Shown here: positions 27,593 to 35,914 of the stretch, in pieces | How positions within the stretch are numbered: position 1 is the stretch's first letter | Layout of the letters: each line of letters begins with the position of its first letter | Virus record (IMG/VR): IMGVR_UViG_3300032893_000054 | Coordinates: 1-56,770 of that record | Length of the DNA: 56,770 bases | Strand: one strand, 5' to 3' | Source of the DNA: a virus | Lineage: Duplodnaviria > Caudoviricetes | The notes under the pieces: model-generated | The model's input: only the letters and a program-made list of their open reading frames with translations | Databases searched by the model: none | What the model was told of the DNA's origin: nothing | Translations under genes and position numbers: made by a program

Positions 27593-27931
27593 TCAATCGA
27601 CGTCTCCGCATTCTGTGGACTCAGTGAAATCCTCAAAGCACTCGTTAGGTGAATTTACGGTCATCCACATCGACATGCACGTCTCGCAGCCTTCGCGATC
27701 TCCCACGGCACACACCATGCCTTTTTCGCCGAACAATCCGGTCTGGTCATTGATGATCTCTCCGTATCGCCGAACGCTGCGACTCTTGTAGCACCCGTAT
27801 CCATAACTCGACATCTTCTGATCTTCGTGCCACTCGCCGTAAACTGCATACCCATCAGGATGAGCGCCACAGCCAGTCAGAAATGGGGAGGTGGAGAGAA
27901 GCAAGAAGATGAGCAAGAATTGTGGCTTCAT
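27593..27931 (-). CDS. Putative lipoprotein, Cys-rich
   Basis: MKPQFLLIFLLLSTSPFLTG|C lipobox. Confidence 0.6.
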   Translation of the reverse strand: MKPQFLLIFLLLSTSPFLTGCGAHPDGYAVYGEWHEDQKMSSYGYGCYKSRSVRRYGEIINDQTGLFGEKGMVCAVGDREGCETCMSMWMTVNSPNECFEDFTESTECGDVD

Positions 27932-27944
27932 GATTGATTGATAT

Positions 27945-28051
27945 TCCTAGAAATGCTGTAAAACCTGTCGCGATCTTCTACGAAATTCGGGCATGGGCTA
28001 GGCTCCTTCTCCTAGAAATGCTGTAAAACCTGTCGCGATCTTCTACGAAAT
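27945..28051. repeat. 42-bp exact direct repeat (27945-27986 and 28010-28051) separated by the linker motif
   Basis: TCCTAGAAATGCTGTAAAACCTGTCGCGATCTTCTACGAAAT occurs twice, period 65. Confidence 0.95.
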
Positions 28052-28214
28052 AAGGCTTTTCTGCTTCGATCAGAATGTCATCACCTTCGTCGCTTTCGTA
28101 GTACAGGTCTTTGCTGTCAGGCACTCCGAAGAATGCCCGGAGGTTGCTGCCTTTATGTTCGCCACGCAGTAGAGCGTAATTCGTCTTGTTGTGCTTAATA
28201 TTTGCTATTTGCAT
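27978..28214 (-). CDS. Possible ubiquitin-like (beta-grasp, multi-ubiquitin-type) protein, 78 aa
   Basis: GGAGGAAACAATG start; pattern I.HN...Y......G..L...FGVP...DLY.......D.LI......V...DRFYS. Confidence 0.45.
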   Translation of the reverse strand: MQIANIKHNKTNYALLRGEHKGSNLRAFFGVPDSKDLYYESDEGDDILIEAEKPYFVEDRDRFYSISRRRSLAHARIS

Positions 28215-28237
28215 TGTTTCCTCCGTTCGGGCATGGG

Positions 28238-28462
28238 CTAGGCTCCTTCTCGTATGGGCACAAATTCGTAATCTTCGGAAGCGTCCGATTCGCCAGTCGT
28301 GCATGTGAAACACAGTCCACATCCTCCGTATCTCCATATAGGCTGACCACATTGGCACTTTCCACGAGATTTGGCGGCCCTCCGTAATTCCTTCAGGGTA
28401 CGCGTGTCACCTTGTTCCTTAGCTTGTTCTGGCGTTATGAAACCATAGAAATTGTTGGGCAT
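28238..28462 (-). CDS. Zn-finger-like hypothetical protein
   Basis: CQC, GLCFTCTTGESDASED; starts and ends in linker copies. Confidence 0.65.
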   Translation of the reverse strand: MPNNFYGFITPEQAKEQGDTRTLKELRRAAKSRGKCQCGQPIWRYGGCGLCFTCTTGESDASEDYEFVPIREGA

Positions 28463-28465
28463 GGG

Positions 28466-28756
28466 CTAGGCTCCTTTGCCTTCGTATGGTGGTGACAACC
28501 AAATATCCATGCAATCGAGGCAGGTGTAACACTTTGACCAGATGCCCTCGACTAAAGCGGATTCGTATCTCGCTTCCGTGCCTGCCGGGATTTCGTGCGG
28601 ATGCCCATTTAAAATCGGAGGAGGTACACAGGTAGCAGGCTTGCGCGTCTTGACAATTCTTACCTTGCGCAGCCGAATATCCGTTTCCCCGTCACCCCAC
28701 GGATAATTGAACGGATCGTGCCACAAGTACGTCGGGTCATTTAGGCGGTTTGTCAT
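28466..28756 (-). CDS. Zn-ribbon hypothetical protein
   Basis: KTRKPATC...IPAG...CLDC; ends in the linker. Confidence 0.65.
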   Translation of the reverse strand: MTNRLNDPTYLWHDPFNYPWGDGETDIRLRKVRIVKTRKPATCVPPPILNGHPHEIPAGTEARYESALVEGIWSKCYTCLDCMDIWLSPPYEGKGA

Positions 28757-28762
28757 GGTGGG

Positions 28763-29074
28763 CTAGGCTCCTTTGGGCGCGGCCTTCTCTGGTACGGAAT
28801 TGGTTCCTCCAGAATCGCGCGACGAACTCGTGTACCGGATCGTTCCGATAGCACCCGGTATTGGCTGTGGCGTTGCTTGCGGTAGGGACGAAACCCCAAA
28901 TGCGTGATTGATGACTCGGCAGACCACTTCGTAAAATATTCGCGCCGAAGCCTCATCTACGCTGTAGAACAGTCCGCAAACCGCCTGCCCGTAAGTCGTA
29001 GGATCAGTGCCGCGAAGTTCAACAATCCACTCTTTACCAGGCTTGCTAAGTTTTATTAGTTCCTGTGCATTCAT
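28763..29074 (-). CDS. Hypothetical protein
   Basis: RBS; ends in the linker (KGA-stop). Confidence 0.55.
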   Translation of the reverse strand: MNAQELIKLSKPGKEWIVELRGTDPTTYGQAVCGLFYSVDEASARIFYEVVCRVINHAFGVSSLPQATPQPIPGAIGTIRYTSSSRDSGGTNSVPEKAAPKGA

Positions 29075-29093
29075 TTCTGCGTCTCCCTCGCCC

Positions 29094-29327
29094 TCAAACT
29101 TCCGTGTCTAGTGAAATCGGGTAAGTTGTATGTCCGTGAACACAGACTCGCACTGGCCGACCGAAAAGAACTCTCAACCGTTCCTTCCATGTCAGACGCC
29201 AGTACGAAGCTATGAATCCGTCACCGTCGCTTATCGGCAAGCCGACAATCGGCCCGTCAGTCTCTTCATCCCAGAACGGCGGAGCGCCTAGAACTCTCGT
29301 TGTGTGTGGAAGTGATATTGGTTTCAT
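29094..29327 (-). CDS. Hypothetical protein
   Basis: LGAP..WD....LP...SYWRLTWKERL pattern; RBS. Confidence 0.65.
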   Translation of the reverse strand: MKPISLPHTTRVLGAPPFWDEETDGPIVGLPISDGDGFIASYWRLTWKERLRVLFGRPVRVCVHGHTTYPISLDTEV

Positions 29328-29545
29328 CGCGTCTCCTTCGATCTCTCGGCCTCAGCGATCACTTGATTTGCTTCATACTTCGCTATTGCGAACGTGGCAC
29401 ACGTTCCGTTATCGTGCCCACGCTCCCAGTAAACCGACCACGCCCATCTCTGTAACGGCGAAGGGGCGCCAAAAATCTCCGCATTGGCTTCAGAAGACGA
29501 ATAGAAATACAGCTTCGGCTTCTTGCGCGTCCACGAGCCTTTCAC
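29324..29545 (-). CDS. Hypothetical protein
   Basis: Coupled overlaps at both ends. Confidence 0.5.
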   Translation of the reverse strand: MKGSWTRKKPKLYFYSSSEANAEIFGAPSPLQRWAWSVYWERGHDNGTCATFAIAKYEANQVIAEAERSKETR

Positions 29546-30198
29546 TGGGATTCTCCCTTCGATCTCTCGGCGGTCGGCGGAGCCAAGAACGGACGAAGAA
29601 GTATCTGAATCCGCCTCAGCGCAAACTCGGCATCCTCGCCATCTTCAACTTGATTCTCGCCACTGCACCATTTGTCAATTTCGCGTGCTACGGCTATCCA
29701 CGGTGACTCGACCGAAGAACGCGCCGCCTTCGCCTGCCAGCCTAGCCAGTAGTGCTGCACGTGGTCTAATACATAATCTCCATCCTCGTCGCGTTTGAAC
29801 CAATCGGCCTCCAGAGGCATGGCATCAGCTTCATACCATTCCTCAAACTCCGCTCGTTCGTCCGTTGGCTCCGTACCTACGTCCGTCGCTCTCCGATTTA
29901 CGATCTGATCGCCGTCTACGTCCAGCGGCTCTCTTCCGCATTCCGGGCAAGGCTCGATCAGCATTTTGCCGTGAGAGCAGTCCGTCGCTGGGCGCATCGC
30001 CTCCGATTGTTGCTCGATATAATCGGCTAGAATCACGTCCACATCTTCGGGATGCGGCGGAACATGCAAACTCGGTGCAGGCTTCCCGTTGTACACGGCC
30101 CCGTGGTACTTACGAACGGCCTCGCGTGCCATTTCGTGCGTAACAATCCTCTTACCTGCTTGCGGCGTCCGAGTTGGCGCTGTCCTCTCAGTAGACAT
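29542..30198 (-). CDS. Mosaic multi-domain hypothetical protein
   Basis: AAGGAA RBS; ERAEFEEW...WLGWQA module typical of phage early proteins. Confidence 0.6.
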   Translation of the reverse strand: MSTERTAPTRTPQAGKRIVTHEMAREAVRKYHGAVYNGKPAPSLHVPPHPEDVDVILADYIEQQSEAMRPATDCSHGKMLIEPCPECGREPLDVDGDQIVNRRATDVGTEPTDERAEFEEWYEADAMPLEADWFKRDEDGDYVLDHVQHYWLGWQAKAARSSVESPWIAVAREIDKWCSGENQVEDGEDAEFALRRIQILLRPFLAPPTAERSKGESQ

Positions 30199-30559
30199 AA
30201 ATTCCTTTCTTTGCTACAAAGCACGTCCCCGAAGTTTGTCCCGGTGGGATGGGGCCCTACCCGCGTACTATCGTGATGTGGCCAGATGGACAAACGAACA
30301 CCTTTCCCGCAGGAGAGCCATGCGGAGCGCTATCGGGATGAGCCATGTCCGGTATCGAGCAAACGGAACAGTACACTCGATAACTTTGCCCCGGTTTTGT
30401 CTTTACGCGAGAGCCGTTTTTCTTGCCGTGTCGATCAGTCTTTCCTTTGATTCTGATGTCCACCACTCACCACCTTCTCCTACGCTTGGGGGTAGGGACC
30501 CATCCCACTGAATTGACCAACAGCAAAACTGTTTAGCAAATAAGGGCTGTCCTCTCAGT
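30179..30559. repeat. Cassette bounded by 14-bp direct repeats, with internal 19-bp inverted repeats
   Basis: DR GCTGTCCTCTCAGT at 30179-30192 and 30546-30559; IR at 30244-30262 and 30490-30508 (1 mismatch). Confidence 0.85.
30257..30466 (-). CDS. Small basic Zn-ribbon protein inside the inverted repeats
   Basis: AGGAGAAGGTGG upstream; CSVC...CPSGH. Confidence 0.5.
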   Translation of the reverse strand: MVDIRIKGKTDRHGKKNGSRVKTKPGQSYRVYCSVCSIPDMAHPDSAPHGSPAGKVFVCPSGHITIVRG

Positions 30560-30560
30560 C

Positions 30561-32147
30561 TCACTCATGGCTCCGGGCCTCCTTCTCCATCACGTGATTC
30601 GGCTCGCGCCGGCGATACAGCCCAGATCCCAGTGGATCGCGCTGCAGGTCTTCCGAGCCCCAGCAGATCTTCGACATGGCGCAGGTGGAGGGGTACTCGC
30701 AGGCCTTCCGAGTCTGGCTGAAGTGCTGATTCAATAGGCTGCGCCGCTCGCCCTCATCGGTTGTGGATTCCAGCTGCGCCACGGCCTCAGCCACGCGCCG
30801 CTCCTGGTACTCGGTCTGCTCCACCCAGTTTCGTAACTCTTCGTCTTGCCGGAACACAGTGATCGGCGGAACGAATACCGCGTCCAGAGGATGCTGGGCC
30901 GTGTAGCCGACCGCCTGCGCGCGCGACTTCCATCCCACGGGACGCGGGTCGGCGCCGGTGGTCGAGTCGTAGGCGGACATGGTCTCCTCGGCGTCGTCAA
31001 GCGCGTCGATCCACGCACGGACGCTGCCACCGTGCTCCCACACCGGCTCGCCGTGCCAGTTGGACGCGGACAGTTTGGACGTCGATCCGTCCTCCAGATG
31101 GTAGTCCCACGACCACGCCTGATCGCCGACGTTGAATGCCGATGCGTTCTTCCCTCGCGATGGCGTCGAATGGGCCACGAAGCGGCGGATCAGGTGCGAG
31201 CGCTGGGACCACACGTTGAGCCCGAACCGCTGGGAGAGTTCCTTGTCCTGCCACCTACTGCCCTTGAGCAGATATTCGTAGCGGATGCCGAGGATCCGGG
31301 GTGGGGCGGGTACTCCCCCGAGGAAGTTGACCACAGGCAGCACTTCGGCCGCGGTGTAGCCTGCCGGGACATTCAGCAGCCCTCCGGCTTGGCGCATCTC
31401 CTGCCACCATGCCGCCAGCCGCCGCTCCACCTCCACGCCCTCGCTCAGCCCCTGCATGTCGTGCTCGGCATCGCGGGCCTTGCGGATGTCCCACGACGCT
31501 GCCGTCTTGAATGAGAGGAGGTAGAGGGAATTGTCGTTCCGGTTGCGGAGGAGCGCGTCGGGGCGGGACATGAAGCGGATCGCAGGGACTACCGTCAGAT
31601 TAGTACCGTGTACTCCTTCGTAGAGTTCCCAGTCCCCCTCCCGCTCCACCTCCAGCACCTCGTACTCCTCCAGCAGGGGACGGAGGCGGCGCCTAGAGTA
31701 AGCGCGGACGAGTCCCTCCACCAAGCTGGCTTGCTCCTGCCACAGCCAGTCATCGAACTGGGCTGACGCGCTGTCCCGCTGCTTGGCCAGCGCCACGAGG
31801 GACGGATCGTCCGCGGGGAGGCCCAGATCGGCCGCCGTAGCCAGCATCTGCGACTCCAGCGACTGAGGATCGACGGTGGTCATCGCGGTGAGCTCGGTGG
31901 TGTCGAGCGCCAGGGCGCGGCGGTGGGTGGCAAAGTCAGCAAGGGCAGCGGCGACCGCAACGTCCTCGGTATCGCCCAGCAGGAGATGTTCGAGGCCCAC
32001 GTGGACGGAGCCGCCGACACACAAGGCTAAAGGTTTGCGTGCTGGTGCAATTCCTGTCCCGTTCTGGTGATACTCCAGAAATCTCAAACGCGGACACCGT
32101 TGGTATGTCTCCGTTCTCGACCGATCAGTCCACACGATGTCAGGCAT
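30561..32147 (-). CDS. PD-(D/E)XK Cas4/RecB/AddB-like exonuclease
   Basis: YQRCPR, GGSVH, EVERE, RPDALL, SFKT, and C-terminal CEYPSTC...C (Fe-S staple). Confidence 0.75.
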   Translation of the reverse strand: MPDIVWTDRSRTETYQRCPRLRFLEYHQNGTGIAPARKPLALCVGGSVHVGLEHLLLGDTEDVAVAAALADFATHRRALALDTTELTAMTTVDPQSLESQMLATAADLGLPADDPSLVALAKQRDSASAQFDDWLWQEQASLVEGLVRAYSRRRLRPLLEEYEVLEVEREGDWELYEGVHGTNLTVVPAIRFMSRPDALLRNRNDNSLYLLSFKTAASWDIRKARDAEHDMQGLSEGVEVERRLAAWWQEMRQAGGLLNVPAGYTAAEVLPVVNFLGGVPAPPRILGIRYEYLLKGSRWQDKELSQRFGLNVWSQRSHLIRRFVAHSTPSRGKNASAFNVGDQAWSWDYHLEDGSTSKLSASNWHGEPVWEHGGSVRAWIDALDDAEETMSAYDSTTGADPRPVGWKSRAQAVGYTAQHPLDAVFVPPITVFRQDEELRNWVEQTEYQERRVAEAVAQLESTTDEGERRSLLNQHFSQTRKACEYPSTCAMSKICWGSEDLQRDPLGSGLYRRREPNHVMEKEARSHE

Positions 32148-32370
32148 CGTCCCTCTCCCCCCGCGTCAGCTCGGCCACGCGCTCGGGCGCCGTCGTGAGG
32201 AACGCCACCGTGCTCGATCCGGCTTCCTCCCGCGTGATCGCGCCTACATCCTGCAGACACTCCGTGTAGGCCTGCAGCTGGCCCATCTGGTAGGCGCGTA
32301 TCAGCGCCACGCGGACGCCGTAGAGGGCGGATTCGACTTCCAGCTGGTTGAGCAGTGTGTCGTCCATCAT
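32140..32370 (-). CDS. Hypothetical protein
   Basis: GAGGT RBS; downstream of a promoter. Confidence 0.55.
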   Translation of the reverse strand: MMDDTLLNQLEVESALYGVRVALIRAYQMGQLQAYTECLQDVGAITREEAGSSTVAFLTTAPERVAELTRGERDDA

Positions 32371-32389
32371 TGTGGTCACCTCGCCCATC

Positions 32390-32418
32390 ACTCTACCGCG
32401 GACGTGGGTAGTTGTCAA
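32390..32418 (-). promoter_or_regulatory. Sigma70-like leftward promoter
   Basis: TTGACA-17nt-TAGAGT. Confidence 0.65.
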
Positions 32419-32445
32419 GCATTAAAAATTTAGAATTGTGGGGAA

Positions 32446-32475
32446 TTGACAATTATTGGCTTGTCGCGGTATAGT
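32446..32475 (+). promoter_or_regulatory. Sigma70-like rightward promoter, back-to-back with the leftward one
   Basis: TTGACA-18nt-TATAGT; AT-rich spacer between the two -35 boxes. Confidence 0.6.
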
Positions 32476-32500
32476 AGCCTTCGTGCATACTCCTGGAACC

Positions 32501-32752
32501 ATGATAGCCATCGAGGACTCGCGGCCAAAGGGCGGTCGTCCGCTGGGCGAGTGGGGAAGGATCGTCCAGGACCTGCTGGATGCCGAAGCCGCCGGAAAGC
32601 GCTGCCACGTCATCGAGGAGCGCAAGCTGACCCTGAGCCAGCGCAACCGTATCCGTTGTGCCGCTGCGTATCGCAAGCGCGCAATCCACATATCCACATC
32701 ACCGATTGGTTGCCGTATATGGTTGGGGGAGCACAAGCCGACTAAAAATTAA
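32501..32752 (+). CDS. Small basic putative DNA-binding protein
   Basis: First ORF after the rightward promoter; GGRP and basic helices. Confidence 0.5.
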   Translation: MIAIEDSRPKGGRPLGEWGRIVQDLLDAEAAGKRCHVIEERKLTLSQRNRIRCAAAYRKRAIHISTSPIGCRIWLGEHKPTKN

Positions 32753-32883
32753 CAGTTGACGGGATTGACATTCTAGCGTAGTTGTGGAAGGGTTACCCAT
32801 AAGGGCCATTGGCCCCCGTGCCGACGGGTACATCTTAGGGGGACTGGGCCGGGAACCCATCCCCCGTAGCTTCCCGGAGCTAA

Positions 32884-33999
32884 ATGTCAGACGCCATTTC
32901 TCCACTCGCCAAGCAAAAACTCATCCTCGCGCTTCTAGCCCAATCCCCCGACCACGCCCGCAAGCATTCCCAGTTCCGCGACTGCCTGCACCACATCCAC
33001 CATTACATCTCCCGGCTCTACTCACGCACCAAGACGCCTGAGACTACCCACATCCGATGTGCGCTCAAGACGAAGTGTCCGAAGTGTATGGACCCGATCA
33101 ACGTGACTGCGGCCAGGCGGATGGATTTCCGCACGATCCTCAAGACCGCACGCAAGCTGGGCGGAGGCGAGACCGGGGAGCATTGCAAGGTGTGGGTGCT
33201 GTCCGGCCAGCTCCCGCATCGGCTCAGTGGCCGAGATCTCGGGCGGATCCTTGGGCGCAAGGATCGTGGGGCATCGCCGGCCATGACCGGAGCATGGGCT
33301 GGGGAGTCAGTTTGCGGACCATTTAGGGCTATTGTTTATAGTAATAGCCCTAAAGAGTCCGCAGCCTTTGTTTTCAACAGTTTAGTTTTTGGGGCTCCAG
33401 AGGCCGAATTGGACGAGGAACGACTCACCAAAATGGGTATCGCGGTGACCCGATTTCACGGTAAGTTAGGGGCAGCATGGCAGTTATACCTCGAACGGTG
33501 GGCCACGGCGCAGATTACCCAGTCCATGCCGGAGCAGATCGTCGAATGGATGACCCGGCGCGGGAGACAGTTTGAAGCGATCGGAGCGTTGCGCGGCGTC
33601 CGGGTGCGCGAGCGCGAGGAGCATCTCGACAAGCTGCATGAGACCATGGGAGAATCGACGCGGATCGGATTCTTCACTCGCTTGGAGCAGGCGGACTCAG
33701 TGATAACCCGTATTGCGCTCAACCTGCCGCTCATGGCATCTAATCTGTTGAACCGTCCAATCAGCAGCGAGGAGTACGAAAGGATCATGGCCATGGTGAA
33801 ACCTCAAGTCAGAACCGCGCTCACTCCGCCGATAGATCCTAGCGAGTTACAGGATTACGCGCCCATGTCGCCAGGAGAGCTCCGCCAGCGACTGGAGGAA
33901 TTGCGAGTGCAGCAGGAACGTATGCTCCAAATGTTGGCGGACAAGGAACGCGACTCCACATCGAACCGCGTGGTTGGGATTCCCGGCAAGGTGATGTGA
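32884..33999 (+). CDS. Replication-initiator-like protein, resembling a diverged rolling-circle (HUH) Rep
   Basis: FRDC...CALKTKCPKC Zn motif and RGRQFEAIGALRG resemble Rep_1-type proteins; no intact HUH motif. Confidence 0.45.
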   Translation: MSDAISPLAKQKLILALLAQSPDHARKHSQFRDCLHHIHHYISRLYSRTKTPETTHIRCALKTKCPKCMDPINVTAARRMDFRTILKTARKLGGGETGEHCKVWVLSGQLPHRLSGRDLGRILGRKDRGASPAMTGAWAGESVCGPFRAIVYSNSPKESAAFVFNSLVFGAPEAELDEERLTKMGIAVTRFHGKLGAAWQLYLERWATAQITQSMPEQIVEWMTRRGRQFEAIGALRGVRVREREEHLDKLHETMGESTRIGFFTRLEQADSVITRIALNLPLMASNLLNRPISSEEYERIMAMVKPQVRTALTPPIDPSELQDYAPMSPGELRQRLEELRVQQERMLQMLADKERDSTSNRVVGIPGKVM

Positions 34000-34030
34000 T
34001 ATCCACAGGGTAATCACAGGCTGTGGATTA
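33999..34030. promoter_or_regulatory. Cluster of DnaA-box-like 9-mers forming an inverted repeat
   Basis: ATATCCACA (33999), GTAATCACA (34010), TGTGGATTA (34022). Confidence 0.4.
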
Positions 34031-34447
34031 CCGCCACGCCTCCACGCACGCCAGCGCCATCACCGCCGCGATCCCGGCCAGCAGCAGCGCGCCGGCCAGC
34101 GCATCCGCCAGCGCACGCAGGCGCCGCGCCCGGGCAGCACGCTCGCGCCAGGCGGCCATCATCGCAGCCATCCGTACAGCAGCATGGCCAGCCTGAGAAT
34201 CCCCGCCTCGATCAGCAGCGCCATGGCCAGCCCGCGCCATGCGCTGCCATCCACGACCGGCGGCTGTTGCAGCTCCGCCCACTCCGTTGCGTCGTCGTAC
34301 CGCGCCAGCACGATGCCAGCGATCTCCCGTCTGCGATCCATGCTGCCCCAAGTCATCGACATGCGTATACGCCTCCCCGCGTCCGCCCATCCGACCACGC
34401 CAGCACGCCATGGAGGTATGCCAGCGTCGGCAGATGCGCGAGGCGAA

Positions 34448-35179
34448 TCAGACCGCAACCGCCGAATCCTCTGGCACCGCTCCTGCCACCTCCGATGGCT
34501 CTGGCACCTCCGCGAACGGATCAGGAACGGACGCCACTTCATCGAACGGATAAGGGCGATTCTGGATGTCGCCGCCGCGCATGGGCATGAGAATCGCGGT
34601 CCAGTGCTGATTCGTGGCACTATCGAATGCGTCCAGACGTACCGCTTCCTGTGGACTCCAGATGCTCAGTTCCACGTAATTGGACTGCTCATACACCTTC
34701 GCCGATTTCGCGAGTTGCTCCAAGTAGGCCGCGCTCAGCCCGATGCGCATCTTCGGTTGCGTCCGCTTGAAGAGCATTTCCCATTGCGGGAACTGGCCCG
34801 TCACCTTGCGGATCGTCATCGGATGCGTGGTCGCCAGGTCCGTCGTGACCGCTCGGATGTTCCCATCCGCGTCCACGCCTACCTTGGCATGATTGAGGAT
34901 CGGAATGCTTTCCTTCTTGGGCGTCACCTTCGCCAGTGCCAGCGCACCATCGCTACCGAGCAGGAACGATCCCACCTCCGTCGCTTCCGGCTCTCCTGCC
35001 ACGTTCGGATACGACGCCAGTTCCTGCTTCGGCGTGTCCACGCGGACAAGGTAATGCCCGTTTGTGACTACGGTCTCTTTCTCAGTGACCTGCATCGCGT
35101 TCAGCGTGTAGCGACTCTCCTGCTTGTCGATCAGGTTCGCCACTGCCAGATTGTGATGGTTCAACAGTACGTGTTTCAT
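34448..35179 (-). CDS. DNA polymerase III beta-clamp-like protein (partial, about two domains)
   Basis: SRYTLNAM, VVTNGHYL, GQFPQW, SAAYL, ILMPMR. Confidence 0.7.
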   Translation of the reverse strand: MKHVLLNHHNLAVANLIDKQESRYTLNAMQVTEKETVVTNGHYLVRVDTPKQELASYPNVAGEPEATEVGSFLLGSDGALALAKVTPKKESIPILNHAKVGVDADGNIRAVTTDLATTHPMTIRKVTGQFPQWEMLFKRTQPKMRIGLSAAYLEQLAKSAKVYEQSNYVELSIWSPQEAVRLDAFDSATNQHWTAILMPMRGGDIQNRPYPFDEVASVPDPFAEVPEPSEVAGAVPEDSAVAV

Positions 35180-35286
35180 TGGGATTCGCCTCTTGCGGTT
35201 AACGTTCGCCAACGGGATAAACTCTATGCGGCGCTCCGGTTGTGCGCGGTTGCGCCTTACTCTTGGGACTCTCCCCTCCAGCCTGC

Positions 35287-35571
35287 CTACGCTGCGATCT
35301 TGTGGATAATGCGTTTATTCTCCTCGATGGCATCCAGAGCAAATCGAACCATGTCACAGAATTCGCGTGCATTGTGTCGGCTCTGCCCAAATGGTTGCCT
35401 AACGCCACCTTGCTCGTTTATGACTTGCTCGATGTTACCGCCGCCGTAAACGCCATTCCAATCAAGGCGATAAGCTCCGACATCGTTGTAGTGGTTCGCT
35501 ACTCGTCCACCGATTGCGGCTATCAATCTATCGAATGCAGCGATTGCATCATTGCGCGTATAGCGTTCCAT
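35287..35571 (-). CDS. Hypothetical protein
   Basis: AGGAGG RBS. Confidence 0.65.
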   Translation of the reverse strand: MERYTRNDAIAAFDRLIAAIGGRVANHYNDVGAYRLDWNGVYGGGNIEQVINEQGGVRQPFGQSRHNAREFCDMVRFALDAIEENKRIIHKIAA

Positions 35572-35885
35572 AAATCCTCCTAAGTTGTTGAATTCTTTGG
35601 TTTACGCGGCACGTCCCAATCATACCGCTTAGACTCCCAACAGGACGCCCGGCGCGCGGCCAGGCGGCCGATGGTGGCCTAAGCCTGCCTGTCCGGTACC
35701 ACCTGCGGATGCTGGCCGCGATTCGCCGATTGCACGCGCGCCATCGCAGCACGACGGCATTCGTAGCATAACCAATCGGCCGGGTCATCCGCGTGCAGGA
35801 TGCTGCGCACCTTGCCGCATCCGCCTTGACATTGCGTGTCTCGTGTCATTGTCCTGTCCTCCGTAGCACTCTCAACCACGTGCCT

Positions 35886-35914
35886 ACTATCTCACTCATT
35901 CCAACAGTTGTCAA
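35886..35914 (-). promoter_or_regulatory. Sigma70-like leftward promoter
   Basis: TTGACA-17nt-GATAGT. Confidence 0.55.

Larger units (their letters stand above)
27986..28775 (-). repeat. Repeated gene-junction linker AAGGAGCCTAGCCCA(TG), four copies
   Basis: Copies at 27986-28011 and 28226-28251 (26 bp identical), 28457-28476 and 28759-28775. Confidence 0.9.

Noticed and set aside
27560-27930. KPQFL-encoding similarity between a 24-codon ORF near 27590 and the lipoprotein start
   Set aside because: Only about 16 bp with 2 mismatches; could be chance.
27945-28775. CRISPR array
   Set aside because: The spacers are irregular and gene-sized, the repeats are coding/RBS sequence, and no cas1/cas2 is present. 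The Cas4-like gene fits ordinary phage recombination nucleases.
34184-35449. 421-aa plus-strand ORF
   Set aside because: Antisense to the clamp-like gene and its neighbours, which have recognisable motifs and RBSs.
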